Notes: a model not told the origin generated them from the letters alone. 64,000 nucleotides of DNA from an uncultured Planctomycetia bacterium (GCA_964409365.1 CAYPCX010000001.1:128684-192683); one strand, 5' to 3'; positions 1-10,622 are shown, counted from the first letter of the stretch. Numbers and translations are program-made.

Positions 1-1
1 A

Positions 2-811
2 AGGACCAATATCAGTTCATTGGCTAACCAGGTAAAGTTATTCCTTTGTTTCAACTTCGCGGGTGCCGGGAAGAAGGTGGACTTCTTGCTGGAACAGAAC
101 AAAGAGGATTTCTGGCGTAAGATATGCGATAAGGAGGCAGGAGAGTACAGGGTAGACTTCGATCTTATGGATTATGGGAAGTTCCGGGCCGGTCTCGACC
201 GGCTGGCGGGGAAAAGGGCGTTCACTCTGCCGCAGGTGTATCGCGGGTATATCGATTGCGTTCTTGACGCGACGTCAGGCAAGGCGGACATGAGGGCGTC
301 TGAACCGGAGTGGAAGCTGTATTTCACGGCCAATGCCGATTTTCTGGTAAGGCCGATCCTCGCATGGGACGGGAGAAATAAGGCCATCATACCCGTTAGG
401 GACCCGCTTCAAAGGTTCGGGTCGCATAAGAGGTGGCAATCTTCCGGGTTCATCTGCACGGAGGACCGGCTTTCCGGCTGGAAGAAGGTGCACCGGTCCT
501 ACATCTTCTTCAAAGAAAAGTATAAGGGCAGGGTGCTTTTGGTGGATTATGACGATCTTGTGGGAAATACGGAAAGAGGCATGAGACGTGTCGCGGAATT
601 CCTTGGCCTGGACTTCGAGGATGTCCTGACCGTTCCCACCCTCATGGGCAGGCCCGTGAAGGGCAATACTTCGTTCAAGGACCGGGGCAAGGAACGCCCC
701 GGCGAGATATACACGGGATCACAGGAAAGATATAAGGAAATATTAACGAAAGAAGAGATAGATATCATAGAGAAAGGCCTGAGGCCGCTCTACAAGGAGG
801 TTCTATCGTGA
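2..811 (+). CDS. Sulfotransferase-family protein (5'-partial)
   Basis: Frame is open from the window edge. VRDPxxxxxS (3'-PB-like) and YDDLV...VAEFLGL motifs are typical of PAPS-dependent sulfotransferases. Confidence 0.65.
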   Translation, partial: RTNISSLANQVKLFLCFNFAGAGKKVDFLLEQNKEDFWRKICDKEAGEYRVDFDLMDYGKFRAGLDRLAGKRAFTLPQVYRGYIDCVLDATSGKADMRASEPEWKLYFTANADFLVRPILAWDGRNKAIIPVRDPLQRFGSHKRWQSSGFICTEDRLSGWKKVHRSYIFFKEKYKGRVLLVDYDDLVGNTERGMRRVAEFLGLDFEDVLTVPTLMGRPVKGNTSFKDRGKERPGEIYTGSQERYKEILTKEEIDIIEKGLRPLYKEVLS

Positions 812-1584
812 AAGTCGTTATTCTTTGCGGGGGGTTAGGTACGAGGCTGCGTGAGGAGACCGAGTTCAAGCCCAAACCAATGGTCGAGATAGGGGCGAGG
901 CCCGTGCTGTGGCATATCATGAAGCTTTACGCGCATTACGGTTTCAAGGATTTCGTCCTCTGCCTGGGATATAAAGGGGAGATGATAAAGGAATATTTTT
1001 ATCATTACGGGGCCCTTAACAATGATTTTACGGTCGAGCTCGGGAGACAGGAAGCGGTAGAGATCCATAGCGACAATGAGGAAAAGGACTGGAAGGTCAC
1101 ACTGGCCAACACCGGGTACGAGGCGTTAAAAGGCGCGCGGCTTAAACGCGTGGAAAAGTACATCGACGGCGACAGGTTTATGATGACCTACGGCGACGGG
1201 GTCGCCAACGTGGATATCAACGCCCTTTTACGGTTTCACGAAAAACACGGAAAGCTGGCCACCGTTACGGGGGTGAACCTCGGTTCGCTTTTCGGCGACC
1301 TCAAGGTGAAGGGGGATATGGTCGAGATCTTCAGTGAAAAATCGGGCGAGAGCAGAGGGATGATCAACGGCGGGTTCTTTGTCTTTGACAGGGGAATATT
1401 CGATTATCTTTCAAGTGACGATAAATGTGACCTTGAGGTCGGAGCCCTCGAGACCCTGGCGAAGGACGGCGAGCTCATGGTCTATAAGCACAGGGGGTTC
1501 TGGTATTGCATGGACACTCTGCGCGATATGGATCATTTGAACAGGTTATGGAAAGAGAAAAAAGCGGACTGGAAGGTCTGGTAG
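808..1584 (+). CDS. rfbF: Glucose-1-phosphate cytidylyltransferase
   Basis: ILCGGLGTRLREET..KPKPMVEIG, TYGDGV and GFWYCMDTLRD motifs; immediately upstream of rfbG. Confidence 0.95.
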   Translation: MKVVILCGGLGTRLREETEFKPKPMVEIGARPVLWHIMKLYAHYGFKDFVLCLGYKGEMIKEYFYHYGALNNDFTVELGRQEAVEIHSDNEEKDWKVTLANTGYEALKGARLKRVEKYIDGDRFMMTYGDGVANVDINALLRFHEKHGKLATVTGVNLGSLFGDLKVKGDMVEIFSEKSGESRGMINGGFFVFDRGIFDYLSSDDKCDLEVGALETLAKDGELMVYKHRGFWYCMDTLRDMDHLNRLWKEKKADWKVW

Positions 1585-1590
1585 GGTAAG

Positions 1591-2682
1591 ATGTCAGATA
1601 TATTCGACGGGTTCTATAAGGATAAGAAAATACTGGTGACCGGTCATACCGGTTTCAAGGGATCGTGGCTATCCATGTGGCTGCGTGAACTCGGGGCGGA
1701 GGTGGCGGGTTTCGCGCTCGAACCCCCTTCGAAGCCGAGCCTTTACGAGGTGTCCGGGATGGAGGGCAGGATGGCCTCGGTTTTCGGGGACGTGAGGGAC
1801 GCGGTAAAGCTGGAAGAGACCTTTAACAGGTACGAGCCGGAGATGGTATTCCACATGGCGGCCCAGTCGCTGGTAAGGTATTCCTATAAGGCCCCGTCCT
1901 ATACTTATGAAACTAACGTACTGGGTACGGTGAACGTGCTTGAAGCCTGCCGGAAGACCCCTTCGGTGCGCGCGATAGTGAACGTGACCAGCGATAAATG
2001 TTATGACAACGATAACGCGGCGCGCCCGTTCAGGGAGAACGACCCCATGGGAGGGCATGATCCTTACAGTTCGAGCAAAGGATGCGCGGAACTGGTCACG
2101 GCGGCGTACGTGAGGTCTTATTTCAACCCCAGGGATTTTGCGGAACACGGTGTGTCCCTGGCGTCGGTCAGGTCGGGCAACGCGATAGGCGGAGGCGACT
2201 GGGGCAAGGACAGGCTTATACCGGATTGTGTGAAAGCGCTCGCCGAAGGTAAACCTGTCATTATCCGTTATCCGGAAGCGGTGCGTCCGTGGCAGCATGT
2301 GCTGGAGCCGGTCTATGGGTATCTTCTGTTAGGTAAGGACCTTTACCGGTACGGGGCGGCTTTCAGCGGGGGGTGGAATTTCGGTTCCGACGATCGCGAG
2401 GCCAGGACCGTGAGGTGGCTCATGGATAAGATGGTGACCATGTGGGGTCAGGGCGCCGCCTGGAAGGCCGACAGGGGCGACCATCCCTATGAGGCGCAGC
2501 ACCTGCGGCTGGATTGCTCCAAAGCCATAAAGGGGCTGGGCTGGTCCCCCGGGTGGGACCTGGAAACGGCCCTGGCGAATACGGTAGACTGGTACAAAGC
2601 GTATTTTGAAGGGAAAGAGATGTTACCTTTTACTGTGCGGCAGATCAAAAAATATGAAAAGACCGTTGAACGGAGAAGCTGA
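1591..2682 (+). CDS. rfbG: CDP-glucose 4,6-dehydratase
   Basis: VTGHTGFKGSWL, TSDKCY, DPYSSSK, GGGDW..DRLIPD and RPWQHVLEP motifs. Confidence 0.95.
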   Translation: MSDIFDGFYKDKKILVTGHTGFKGSWLSMWLRELGAEVAGFALEPPSKPSLYEVSGMEGRMASVFGDVRDAVKLEETFNRYEPEMVFHMAAQSLVRYSYKAPSYTYETNVLGTVNVLEACRKTPSVRAIVNVTSDKCYDNDNAARPFRENDPMGGHDPYSSSKGCAELVTAAYVRSYFNPRDFAEHGVSLASVRSGNAIGGGDWGKDRLIPDCVKALAEGKPVIIRYPEAVRPWQHVLEPVYGYLLLGKDLYRYGAAFSGGWNFGSDDREARTVRWLMDKMVTMWGQGAAWKADRGDHPYEAQHLRLDCSKAIKGLGWSPGWDLETALANTVDWYKAYFEGKEMLPFTVRQIKKYEKTVERRS

Positions 2683-2683
2683 A

Positions 2684-3910
2684 ATGGCGAATTGCAGGTT
2701 TTGCGGAAAGGAACTGGAACACCTTTTCGTCAGCCTCGGGAAGGCTCCTCTTTCGAATTCTTTTCTCGACAGGGAGGAGCTGGACCGGGAGGAACCGGTC
2801 TATCCGCTGGATGTGTATGTGTGCGACGGCTGTTTTCTCGTACAGCTCCCCGGGTCCAAAAGACCGGAAGAGATATTCAGCGAATATGCTTATTTCTCCT
2901 CATATTCGGACACCTGGCTGGAACATGCCCGCCGCTATGCCGATAAGATGACAGGGCTTTTCGGTATAAATGAGAATTCGCTCGTGATGGAAGTAGCGAG
3001 CAATGACGGGTATCTCCTGCAATATTTCAAGGAGAAGAAGGTCCCCGTTCTCGGGATAGAACCCGCGTTGAATGTCGCCCGCGCAGCCAGGGATAAGGGT
3101 ATACCCACGGAAACGGTCTTTCTGGGAAAAGATACGGCGAAGGATATAGCCGTGAACCGCGGACGCGCCGACCTGCTGGTGGGGAACAACGTGCTGGCCC
3201 ACGTCCCGGATATCAACGATTTCGTCGAGGGGGTCGGGGTGCTGCTGAAACGGGGCGGTGTTATCACGATGGAGTTCCCGCATCTCATGCGGCTGATTGA
3301 AGATATCCAGTTCGACACCATATATCATGAGCACTTTTCATATTTTTCCTTTATAACGGCCGAGAAGATCTTCGCGGCGCACGGACTTGTCATATTCGAC
3401 GTGGAGGAGATACCGACCCACGGGGGTTCTTTGAGGATCTATGTACGGCACGGGGATAACACCGGCCTGCCGGTCTCGGAAAGGGTGCGTGAGCTTAAGC
3501 GGCGCGAGACGGATGCCGGGTACGCCGATATAGAACATTATATGGGTTTTGACGGCAGGGTCCGAAAAGTGAAAAAGGACGTTGTGCGGTTCTTTGATGA
3601 AGCGCGAGCGGAAGGCAAAAAGGTGGCCGGGTACGGCGCCGCGGCCAAAGGCAATACGCTGCTTAACTATTGCGGTATAGATGCCGGGGCGGTCGATTAC
3701 GTGGCCGACAAAAACCCCTATAAGCAGGGGCGGTTCCTCCCGGGCAGCCGTATACCCGTGGAAACGCCGGAAAAGATCAAAGAGACGAAACCGGACTATG
3801 TACTCATCCTGCCATGGAATATCCGGCAGGAGATAACGGATCAGCTGGGATTCGTACGCGAATGGGGAGGAAGATTCGTGACAGTTATACCGAAAGTGAG
3901 GGTGTTCTGA
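2684..3910 (+). CDS. NDP-hexose C-methyltransferase (class I SAM-dependent, Zn-binding N-terminus)
   Basis: CRFCG...CDGC zinc motif, EVASNDG, DTIYHEH, HGGSLR, GYGAAAKGNTLLN. Start reassigned to ATG 2684. Confidence 0.9.
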   Translation: MANCRFCGKELEHLFVSLGKAPLSNSFLDREELDREEPVYPLDVYVCDGCFLVQLPGSKRPEEIFSEYAYFSSYSDTWLEHARRYADKMTGLFGINENSLVMEVASNDGYLLQYFKEKKVPVLGIEPALNVARAARDKGIPTETVFLGKDTAKDIAVNRGRADLLVGNNVLAHVPDINDFVEGVGVLLKRGGVITMEFPHLMRLIEDIQFDTIYHEHFSYFSFITAEKIFAAHGLVIFDVEEIPTHGGSLRIYVRHGDNTGLPVSERVRELKRRETDAGYADIEHYMGFDGRVRKVKKDVVRFFDEARAEGKKVAGYGAAAKGNTLLNYCGIDAGAVDYVADKNPYKQGRFLPGSRIPVETPEKIKETKPDYVLILPWNIRQEITDQLGFVREWGGRFVTVIPKVRVF

Positions 3911-3912
3911 AA

Positions 3913-4443
3913 ATGATATTTAACCCGACCGGGCTCGATGGCGCGTTCCTGATAGAACCTGACAGGTTTGAGGATGAAAGAGGTTTTTTCCTGACGGGTT
4001 TTCACCGCGAAAAATTCAAAGAGAGGGGTATAGATCTTGATATAGACCAGAACAGCGTTTCGTATAACAGAAAAAAGGGGACGCTGAGGGGGATGCATTA
4101 CCAGGTGGCGCCTTATGAACAAGCAAAACTGGTGAGTTGCTTTAAAGGCGCCATATATGACGTGATAATCGATTTCAGGGAAGGGTCTTCCACTTACGGC
4201 AAATGGGTATCGGTGGACCTGGACGAAAGAACGTTAAGAGCGCTTTATGTCCCGAAGGGTTTCGCGCACGGTTTCCAGGCACTGGAAGATGATACGGTGG
4301 TGTTCTATGCAATAAGCGGACCTTATCGCCCGGAACACGCGGAAGGGATAAGATGGGATGACCGGGCCTTTAATATTGACTGGCCCCTGGAGCCGAGCGT
4401 GTTGTCGGAGAAAGACGCGGGTTGGCCCGATCATAAAGGATAG
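3913..4443 (+). CDS. rfbC: NDP-4-keto-6-deoxyhexose 3,5-epimerase (RmlC/RfbC family)
   Basis: DERGFF, GTLRGMHYQ and PKGFAHGFQ cupin motifs; start at ATG 3913. Confidence 0.9.
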   Translation: MIFNPTGLDGAFLIEPDRFEDERGFFLTGFHREKFKERGIDLDIDQNSVSYNRKKGTLRGMHYQVAPYEQAKLVSCFKGAIYDVIIDFREGSSTYGKWVSVDLDERTLRALYVPKGFAHGFQALEDDTVVFYAISGPYRPEHAEGIRWDDRAFNIDWPLEPSVLSEKDAGWPDHKG

Positions 4444-4446
4444 ACA

Positions 4447-5361
4447 ATGAAGAAGGTCATTTTGACAGGAGCAAGCGGTTTTATAGGCAGGCACACTATA
4501 CCGTATCTGTTGAAGAACGGCTGTGAAGTCCATGCTCTTTTCCGGGACCATGAACCGGAAATAAAGGACCGCAAAGGGCTTCTCTGGCATAAATGTGACA
4601 TTCTGGACCCCGCGGCGCGGGAAAGATTATGTGATGAGATAAAAGCGAGCCACCTGCTTCATTTTGCCTGGTGTACTGCTCCGGGTGAATATTGGACGTC
4701 CCCGGAAAACATGAAATGGGAACAGGCAAGTTTGGACCTGGTGATGAAATTCGCGGATAATGGGGGCAAAAGGGCGGTTATAGCGGGGACATGCGCTGAA
4801 TATGATTGGGGTCACGGCTATTGTTCCGAGGAAGGGACGCCTTTGAACCCCGCGAGCCTTTACGGCGCTTGTAAATGCGGTCTGGAGAACAGCGTAAGAC
4901 AGTTTTCCGCTGAGGCAGGCTTAAGCTACGCTTGGGGAAGGATATTTTACGTGTACGGCCCGTATGAGAACCCGGAGCGCCTGATCCCGTCGGTCATACG
5001 CGCTTTACAGGAGAAAAGGGTCGCGTGCTGCACTCATGGGGACCAGGTCCGGGATTTTTTGCATGTTGAGGACGTCGCTTCGGCCTTTGTGTCTTTGTTG
5101 TTGAGCGACGTCGACGGCCCGGTCAATATCGCCTCAGGCCAGCCTGTAAAGCTTCGCGAGGTGGTACTTGCTGTCGCCGATCATTTTGGCGCCGGCGATA
5201 AAGTGGAGTTCGGGGTGGTTCCGGCACCGGAAAAAGAAGCCGAACTGATCGTAAGCGGCAGTACTCGCCTGGCCGACGAGGTCGGCTGGCGACCGAAGTA
5301 CGATCTGGGTTCCGGTATCGCGCAAACGGTACGTTATTGGCAGGAAAAGACGCATAAATAG
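4447..5361 (+). CDS. NAD-dependent epimerase/4-ketoreductase (extended SDR)
   Basis: TGASGFIG, GTCAEY and YGACK (YxxxK); follows rfbFG, the methyltransferase and rfbC. Confidence 0.85.
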   Translation: MKKVILTGASGFIGRHTIPYLLKNGCEVHALFRDHEPEIKDRKGLLWHKCDILDPAARERLCDEIKASHLLHFAWCTAPGEYWTSPENMKWEQASLDLVMKFADNGGKRAVIAGTCAEYDWGHGYCSEEGTPLNPASLYGACKCGLENSVRQFSAEAGLSYAWGRIFYVYGPYENPERLIPSVIRALQEKRVACCTHGDQVRDFLHVEDVASAFVSLLLSDVDGPVNIASGQPVKLREVVLAVADHFGAGDKVEFGVVPAPEKEAELIVSGSTRLADEVGWRPKYDLGSGIAQTVRYWQEKTHK

Positions 5362-5366
5362 GGGGT

Positions 5367-6161
5367 ATGGTAATGAGAAAGACCAATGAAAACAGAATGG
5401 ATATGGTTCTCGGGCTTTCCTCGGAACGTGATCGTCATCTGTCCGAATCCCTGTCCGCGCTTGCCGAAAAGAGAAGCTTTGAGGAAATAGCGCAGTGTTT
5501 TCCCGCGTATATCAGGAGGATCAACCTGACCAGGTTCCTGGCTTATTATGAACTGTTCAAAAAAATAGAGGCAGTTCCGGGCTGGATCGTGGAGTGCGGG
5601 ATATATCGGGGATTCAGCCTTTTTTCTCTGGCGAAATTCCTTGAGATATTCTGCATGGGGGATAAAACGAGAAAGGTCCTGGGATTCGATAATTTCAGCG
5701 GTTTTACCGATCTTAGGGAGGAAGACGGGCCCGAAGATCGCAGCGTGACGAGGAACAAGGGAGGCACGAACCCGGGCAATTTCAGGGATGACTTCTTTGA
5801 GCTGCTCAAGTTGAACAACCAGGACGCTTTCGCGCCCTGGGCAAAAAGGATAAGTGTCGTCGAGGGGAACGTCCAGGAAACGGTGCCGAAGTACTGCGAA
5901 GAGAACCCCGGCCTCCGGATATCGTTCCTTAACCTGGATATAGATCTTTATGAGCCGGTCTGCACCTGCTTGGAGCATCTTTATCCCAGGGTAGTCCCGG
6001 GGGGACTTGTCGTTCTGGATGAATTCGCCCATAAGGATTGGCCGGGCGAAAGCAAGGCGGTCGAAGATGCGTTTCTCCGGAATGGATGGAAGATACCCGC
6101 CTTTAAGACCTTGACCTGGGTGGGTACCCCGACCACTTATTTCATAAAGGAGGCGTTTTGA
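5367..6161 (+). CDS. TylF/MycF-family O-methyltransferase
   Basis: VPGWIVECGIYRG, GFDNFSGF, LDIDLYEP and GGLVVLDE motifs. Confidence 0.8.
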   Translation: MVMRKTNENRMDMVLGLSSERDRHLSESLSALAEKRSFEEIAQCFPAYIRRINLTRFLAYYELFKKIEAVPGWIVECGIYRGFSLFSLAKFLEIFCMGDKTRKVLGFDNFSGFTDLREEDGPEDRSVTRNKGGTNPGNFRDDFFELLKLNNQDAFAPWAKRISVVEGNVQETVPKYCEENPGLRISFLNLDIDLYEPVCTCLEHLYPRVVPGGLVVLDEFAHKDWPGESKAVEDAFLRNGWKIPAFKTLTWVGTPTTYFIKEAF

Positions 6162-7534
6162 CGATACCACGTAAGGTCCTTCATGTTGCCCCTCACTTGG
6201 GAGGGGGAGTCGGGAGATTCGTTACTAACGTCTATTCCAGGGACGAGGAGTTCGACCATTTATTCCTTCTTCTCGAGGCTCCGGAGAATGAAGACTTTTT
6301 GAATTCGTCTAACATTAAATGGATGTTATCGAACAAAAGGGATGGTTTGAGCAGCCGTTCAGAAGAATACGATGCCATACAGATCGAATTTTGGAACCAT
6401 CCTCTTTTGTACAGGTTCTTATTGGAAAACAACCTTTTAAAGAGAACAAGGGTCTTGTTTTACAGCCATGTGAACGGCCTGTACGAACCCGGTATCATAA
6501 CCGAGACGCTTGTGAGATCGTGCGATAATTTTATGGTGTCAACGTTCGCGTCGACGCACTCCAAAGCCATCTCATCCGCGGACCATAAGATAAGCGTTGT
6601 TCCCGAGTTCGGGGGGTGCGGCAGGACCTCCGGGATACGCAAGGTCGAGCATGAGGGATTTAACGTTGTTTACATAGGATCAGCCGATAGAATAAAGCTG
6701 CACCCCGCGTATATAAGTATGTGCAGGAAGATCACGGAGAGGATCCCGCAGGCGAGATTCATTTTCTGCAGCCAGGATGACCATTCTTATTTGCGGGCGC
6801 AGGCAGAGGACGAGGGGATATTAACCCGTTTTACCTTCCACAGAAATTTGCGGAATATCGACGAAGTATTGGAAATAGCGGATGTTTTCGGGTACCCCCT
6901 GAACCCCCGGCACTTCGGGACCGGAGAACAGGCCCTTATCGAGTCGATGGGCGCCTCGGTCCCGCCGGTCGTTTTAGATAATCTTCCCGAGAGGTATATC
7001 GTGGATGACGGGATCACGGGTATCATAGCCGGTTCGGTCGATGATTACGTGGAAGCGGTAGAGTTCCTGTATTCGAACCCCGGGGCCGCTAAAGATATGG
7101 GGCAGAGCGCGAGGGAAAAAGCAATGACGGAAATGTCCGAGGTGAAGACATTATCCCGGCTCCATGAAGTGTATAAAAAAGTGTTGGCCCGTGAAAAAAC
7201 GGACCATGTGTTCTTTCCGGAGGATACTATAGAACGCATAGGGGACGATATCGGCTTGGGACTTTTCGCGGTCTCCCAGGGGGCGGCTGGAGAAAAGTTC
7301 TTGCAGGCGCTGGACGAAAACGGTAACGCCCGGTACTGGAAATGGAAGATCGGTCTTTGCGATGAGCACCTTTCGCCCCATAAGGGCACGCTGGCGCAAT
7401 ATCAGGCGTATTTCCCGGGGTCAAAGGGCCTTGCGCGACTGGTCGATATCGTGAGTTCGGAATTGGAAGGGGATAAAGATCTACGCCGACAAGGCTTTGG
7501 TCTGCGAAAGATGACACAGGGGAATATATTATGA
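6158..7534 (+). CDS. Glycosyltransferase family 4 with C-terminal extension
   Basis: HLGGGVG N-terminus; ADVFGYP...EQALIESMGASVP...DGITG GT-B motif. Confidence 0.75.
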   Translation: MTIPRKVLHVAPHLGGGVGRFVTNVYSRDEEFDHLFLLLEAPENEDFLNSSNIKWMLSNKRDGLSSRSEEYDAIQIEFWNHPLLYRFLLENNLLKRTRVLFYSHVNGLYEPGIITETLVRSCDNFMVSTFASTHSKAISSADHKISVVPEFGGCGRTSGIRKVEHEGFNVVYIGSADRIKLHPAYISMCRKITERIPQARFIFCSQDDHSYLRAQAEDEGILTRFTFHRNLRNIDEVLEIADVFGYPLNPRHFGTGEQALIESMGASVPPVVLDNLPERYIVDDGITGIIAGSVDDYVEAVEFLYSNPGAAKDMGQSAREKAMTEMSEVKTLSRLHEVYKKVLAREKTDHVFFPEDTIERIGDDIGLGLFAVSQGAAGEKFLQALDENGNARYWKWKIGLCDEHLSPHKGTLAQYQAYFPGSKGLARLVDIVSSELEGDKDLRRQGFGLRKMTQGNIL

Positions 7535-9057
7535 GGATCTTGTTCGTTTTGCCGAACGTGGCCGAGATAGGAGTGAAACCTATAGGGCTTTCGTTGTTGA
7601 GCGCGATATGCAGGGATCGCGGGTATAGCGTGGACCTTTTTGACACGACGTTCTATGAGTTCTCCGAGATAGACGATTTCACCAATAATGCGGCCGTGTA
7701 CGCGGACAAGAACCAGTCGAGGTCCGTTGATTATGAAAAAGCGGGAGTAAAAAAAGAGAAAGTCGATCTGCGGGAGCGCCTTCATGACAAGTTATCGGAA
7801 TATCGGCCCGACGTGTGCGCTTTTACCGTGATGACCTCCGACAGGGACCTGTGCGGGAAGATGTCGGACTATATAAAGGAATATGATGACGGGATCCAGA
7901 TCATCTGGGGCGGGATCTATCCGACGTCATCTCCGGAGGAGGCCATTTCCTATACATCAGTGGACCATATATGTTGTTACGAGGGCGTAGAGGCCTTTCC
8001 GGAACTCCTGGAGGCGATCGAAGAAGGGAAGGACACGGGTAATATAAAGAATATCTATACCAAGCGGGACGGAAGTATCATCAAGAACGAGATACGGCCT
8101 AAATTCATGCAGCTGGACAGCCTGCCTTATCTGGACTGGGAGATCTTTGATAAGAGAAAATTTTTAAGACCGTTCAAGGGAAAGCTCATAAGAGGCGGGG
8201 AGTTCATGTCCGTTGTAGGGTGCCCCAGCAGCTGCACTTACTGCATGAATAACTGGCTTAACAGAGAGGACCGGCGTATCAGGAGGTATTCGCCGAAAAG
8301 GATCATTGAAGAATTGAAATACCAGAAAGAAAAATATGATCTCGAATTCCTGACCTTCAGGGACGATGATTTTCTCGTACGCCCGATGGGTGAATTGACC
8401 GAACTTGCCGAGTTGTATAAGACCGAGATCGGCCTGCCTTTTTCCATGCAGGCCAATTCACGGTTCGTGACGGAGGAGAAGGTGGAGATCGTGAAAAATA
8501 TGGGAGTGCATTCGGTGAACATAGGTATCGAATCGGGTAATGAGTATATCCGTAAGGAGGTCTTGAAAAGACAGGACAGCATGGAAGAAATAGAGAACGC
8601 CTTTAAGTGGTTCAACGCGGCCGGGATAGAGACGCATTCGTTGAATATGATCGGCCTGCCGTTCGAGACCAGAGAGACCATTTTTGAAACGATCGAATTC
8701 ATAAGGAAAATAAAGCCGACCATCAGCTACGTAAGTATTTTTTACCCGTTCGAGAGGACGGAACTGTACGACCTGTGTATAGAGAAGAAGTGGTTCGATC
8801 CCGAGGAAAGCAGGCAAATAGACATTCTCAGGTTCTCGGCCTTGAAATTGCCGGGCATATCCGGCGAAGAGGTCGAGGGCATAAATAAGTGTTTCAGTAT
8901 GTACGTTAAATTCCCGAGATCATTATGGCCGCTCATCAGGCGGGCCGAAAAGAACAACAAGGAAGGTAAGGAGCTGTTCAAACTCTTGAGCGATATGTAT
9001 TCCAGTAACATACTGGAGAGAACGCGAACTTTTCCGGGGGAGGAGATCCACATATGA
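7531..9057 (+). CDS. B12-binding domain radical SAM protein
   Basis: N-terminal B12-binding-like region (WGGIYPT), CPSSCTYC, DDDF, GIESG, MIGLPFET. Confidence 0.88.
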   Translation: MRILFVLPNVAEIGVKPIGLSLLSAICRDRGYSVDLFDTTFYEFSEIDDFTNNAAVYADKNQSRSVDYEKAGVKKEKVDLRERLHDKLSEYRPDVCAFTVMTSDRDLCGKMSDYIKEYDDGIQIIWGGIYPTSSPEEAISYTSVDHICCYEGVEAFPELLEAIEEGKDTGNIKNIYTKRDGSIIKNEIRPKFMQLDSLPYLDWEIFDKRKFLRPFKGKLIRGGEFMSVVGCPSSCTYCMNNWLNREDRRIRRYSPKRIIEELKYQKEKYDLEFLTFRDDDFLVRPMGELTELAELYKTEIGLPFSMQANSRFVTEEKVEIVKNMGVHSVNIGIESGNEYIRKEVLKRQDSMEEIENAFKWFNAAGIETHSLNMIGLPFETRETIFETIEFIRKIKPTISYVSIFYPFERTELYDLCIEKKWFDPEESRQIDILRFSALKLPGISGEEVEGINKCFSMYVKFPRSLWPLIRRAEKNNKEGKELFKLLSDMYSSNILERTRTFPGEEIHI

Positions 9058-9863
9058 AAAGCGACAGAACACCGGTTAACGCGGCGATAAAAGAACCCCG
9101 GGGACCTGTTGACAAGATAAGGACGCGATGGGGATTTATTTTCAGGTCGTTCAGGTTGAACATCAGGACATTGCTCGCGTGTAAAAGTCTTATTGACGAC
9201 TATAGACATGAATTAAAGACTATCAATTTGGGCGAGCGTTCCCCGGTCGGATGGTTTACTTACCCGTTCCTGGAACATCTGGGATCATGTGATCTGTCGA
9301 AGTCGAAAGTGTTCGAATGGGGAGGAGGATATTCAAGTCTGATGTGGTCCGACCGCTGTAAGAAGGTGGTTACGGTCGAGAGCAACAGCCAATGGTTCGA
9401 ATATATCAAGAGCAGGTCCTTGGACCTTGAGAATATGGATCTGATCCTGGCGCAGGATCGGGATTCTTATATCGGCTATTTTGACGAACACAGGGGATCG
9501 GATATCGTATTGATCGACGGGCGCTGGAGATATGATTGCGCGGCGACGGTCCTGGAAAAAATATCCCCTTCGGCAGTGATCATATTGGATAATTCGGAAT
9601 GGTGTCCTGATACGTGTTCGTTGCTGCGGGCGCGGGGGTACGCGCGGATCGATTTTCCGGGGTTCGGGCCCTGTAATCAGTTCACCTGGTGCACATCGAT
9701 ATTCTTTAAGTCGCTGGATAACCCGTTGCTGAATCCCGTTAACTGTCCGTCCAGCGCCGGCGGTATATTACTCGAACGATCGGGCTATATGTTCGCAGGG
9801 GAGCATGAGAAGGCTCCCGAAAACTCGGAGGAACAATGCCGGAAAACTCATCCCATTACTTAG
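9054..9863 (+). CDS. Putative SAM-dependent methyltransferase
   Basis: VFEWGGGYSS, VTVES, VLIDGRWR and IILDNSE motifs. Confidence 0.7.
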   Translation: MKSDRTPVNAAIKEPRGPVDKIRTRWGFIFRSFRLNIRTLLACKSLIDDYRHELKTINLGERSPVGWFTYPFLEHLGSCDLSKSKVFEWGGGYSSLMWSDRCKKVVTVESNSQWFEYIKSRSLDLENMDLILAQDRDSYIGYFDEHRGSDIVLIDGRWRYDCAATVLEKISPSAVIILDNSEWCPDTCSLLRARGYARIDFPGFGPCNQFTWCTSIFFKSLDNPLLNPVNCPSSAGGILLERSGYMFAGEHEKAPENSEEQCRKTHPIT

Positions 9864-10621
9864 ATGGAATGGCCCAGCGCATAGAGGCGCTTCGTAACGA
9901 CAAGGACCTGAGGCTGATCACCCTTGATTGGGTCGCGAGGGCGGGCGGCCGCGGCTATGGATACAACTTTTCCTGGCTGGGCAGGCCGATAATCCAGGTG
10001 CCCCAGGACATAATGGCCATGCAGGAACTTATATGGCAGGTCAAGCCTGATCTCGTCATCGAGACCGGTATCGCGCATGGCGGGTCGCTGATCATGAGCG
10101 CGTCCATGTTAGCCATGCTGGACTATTGTGAAGCGGTCGGATCCGGTACGGTGCTCGATCCCGCGGATACGCGCCGCCGCGTGATGGGGGTCGATATAGA
10201 TATATCTTCCCGTAACCGTGAGGCTATAGAGACGCATCCCATGGCGCATCGGATCGATATGCTCCAGGGATCGTCCGTCGATCCGGGAATAATAGCGCAG
10301 GTCCACGAGAAGGCCGAACGCCATGAACGGATCATGGTCTGTTTGGATTCAGACCATACGCACGATCACGTTCTGGCGGAACTGGAAGCTTATGCCGGGC
10401 TTACGAGCAAAGGCAGTTATTGTGTCGTGTTCGACACATCGATCGAAGATATGCCCGAAGAGATCTACACCGACAGGTCCTGGGGCAAAGGCAATAACCC
10501 CAAGACCGCGGTGTGGGAATTTCTCGGGAAAGATGACCGTTTCGTTGTCGACAAGGAGATCCAGGAGAAGCTGTTGATCACCGCCTCTCTTGACGGGTAT
10601 TTAAAGCGCGTAAAGGACTGA
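9836..10621 (+). CDS. CmcI/cephalosporin hydroxylase-family (rhamnosyl O-methyltransferase-like) protein
   Basis: WLGRPIIQ.PQD, KPDLVIETGIAHGGS and LDSDHTHDHVL motifs. Confidence 0.88.
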   Translation: MPENSSHYLDGMAQRIEALRNDKDLRLITLDWVARAGGRGYGYNFSWLGRPIIQVPQDIMAMQELIWQVKPDLVIETGIAHGGSLIMSASMLAMLDYCEAVGSGTVLDPADTRRRVMGVDIDISSRNREAIETHPMAHRIDMLQGSSVDPGIIAQVHEKAERHERIMVCLDSDHTHDHVLAELEAYAGLTSKGSYCVVFDTSIEDMPEEIYTDRSWGKGNNPKTAVWEFLGKDDRFVVDKEIQEKLLITASLDGYLKRVKD

Positions 10622-10622
10622 T

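Noticed and set aside
5367-9863. Apparently lower-GC segment suggesting recent acquisition
   Set aside because: Only an impression by eye, not computed, and no boundaries or mobility genes are visible
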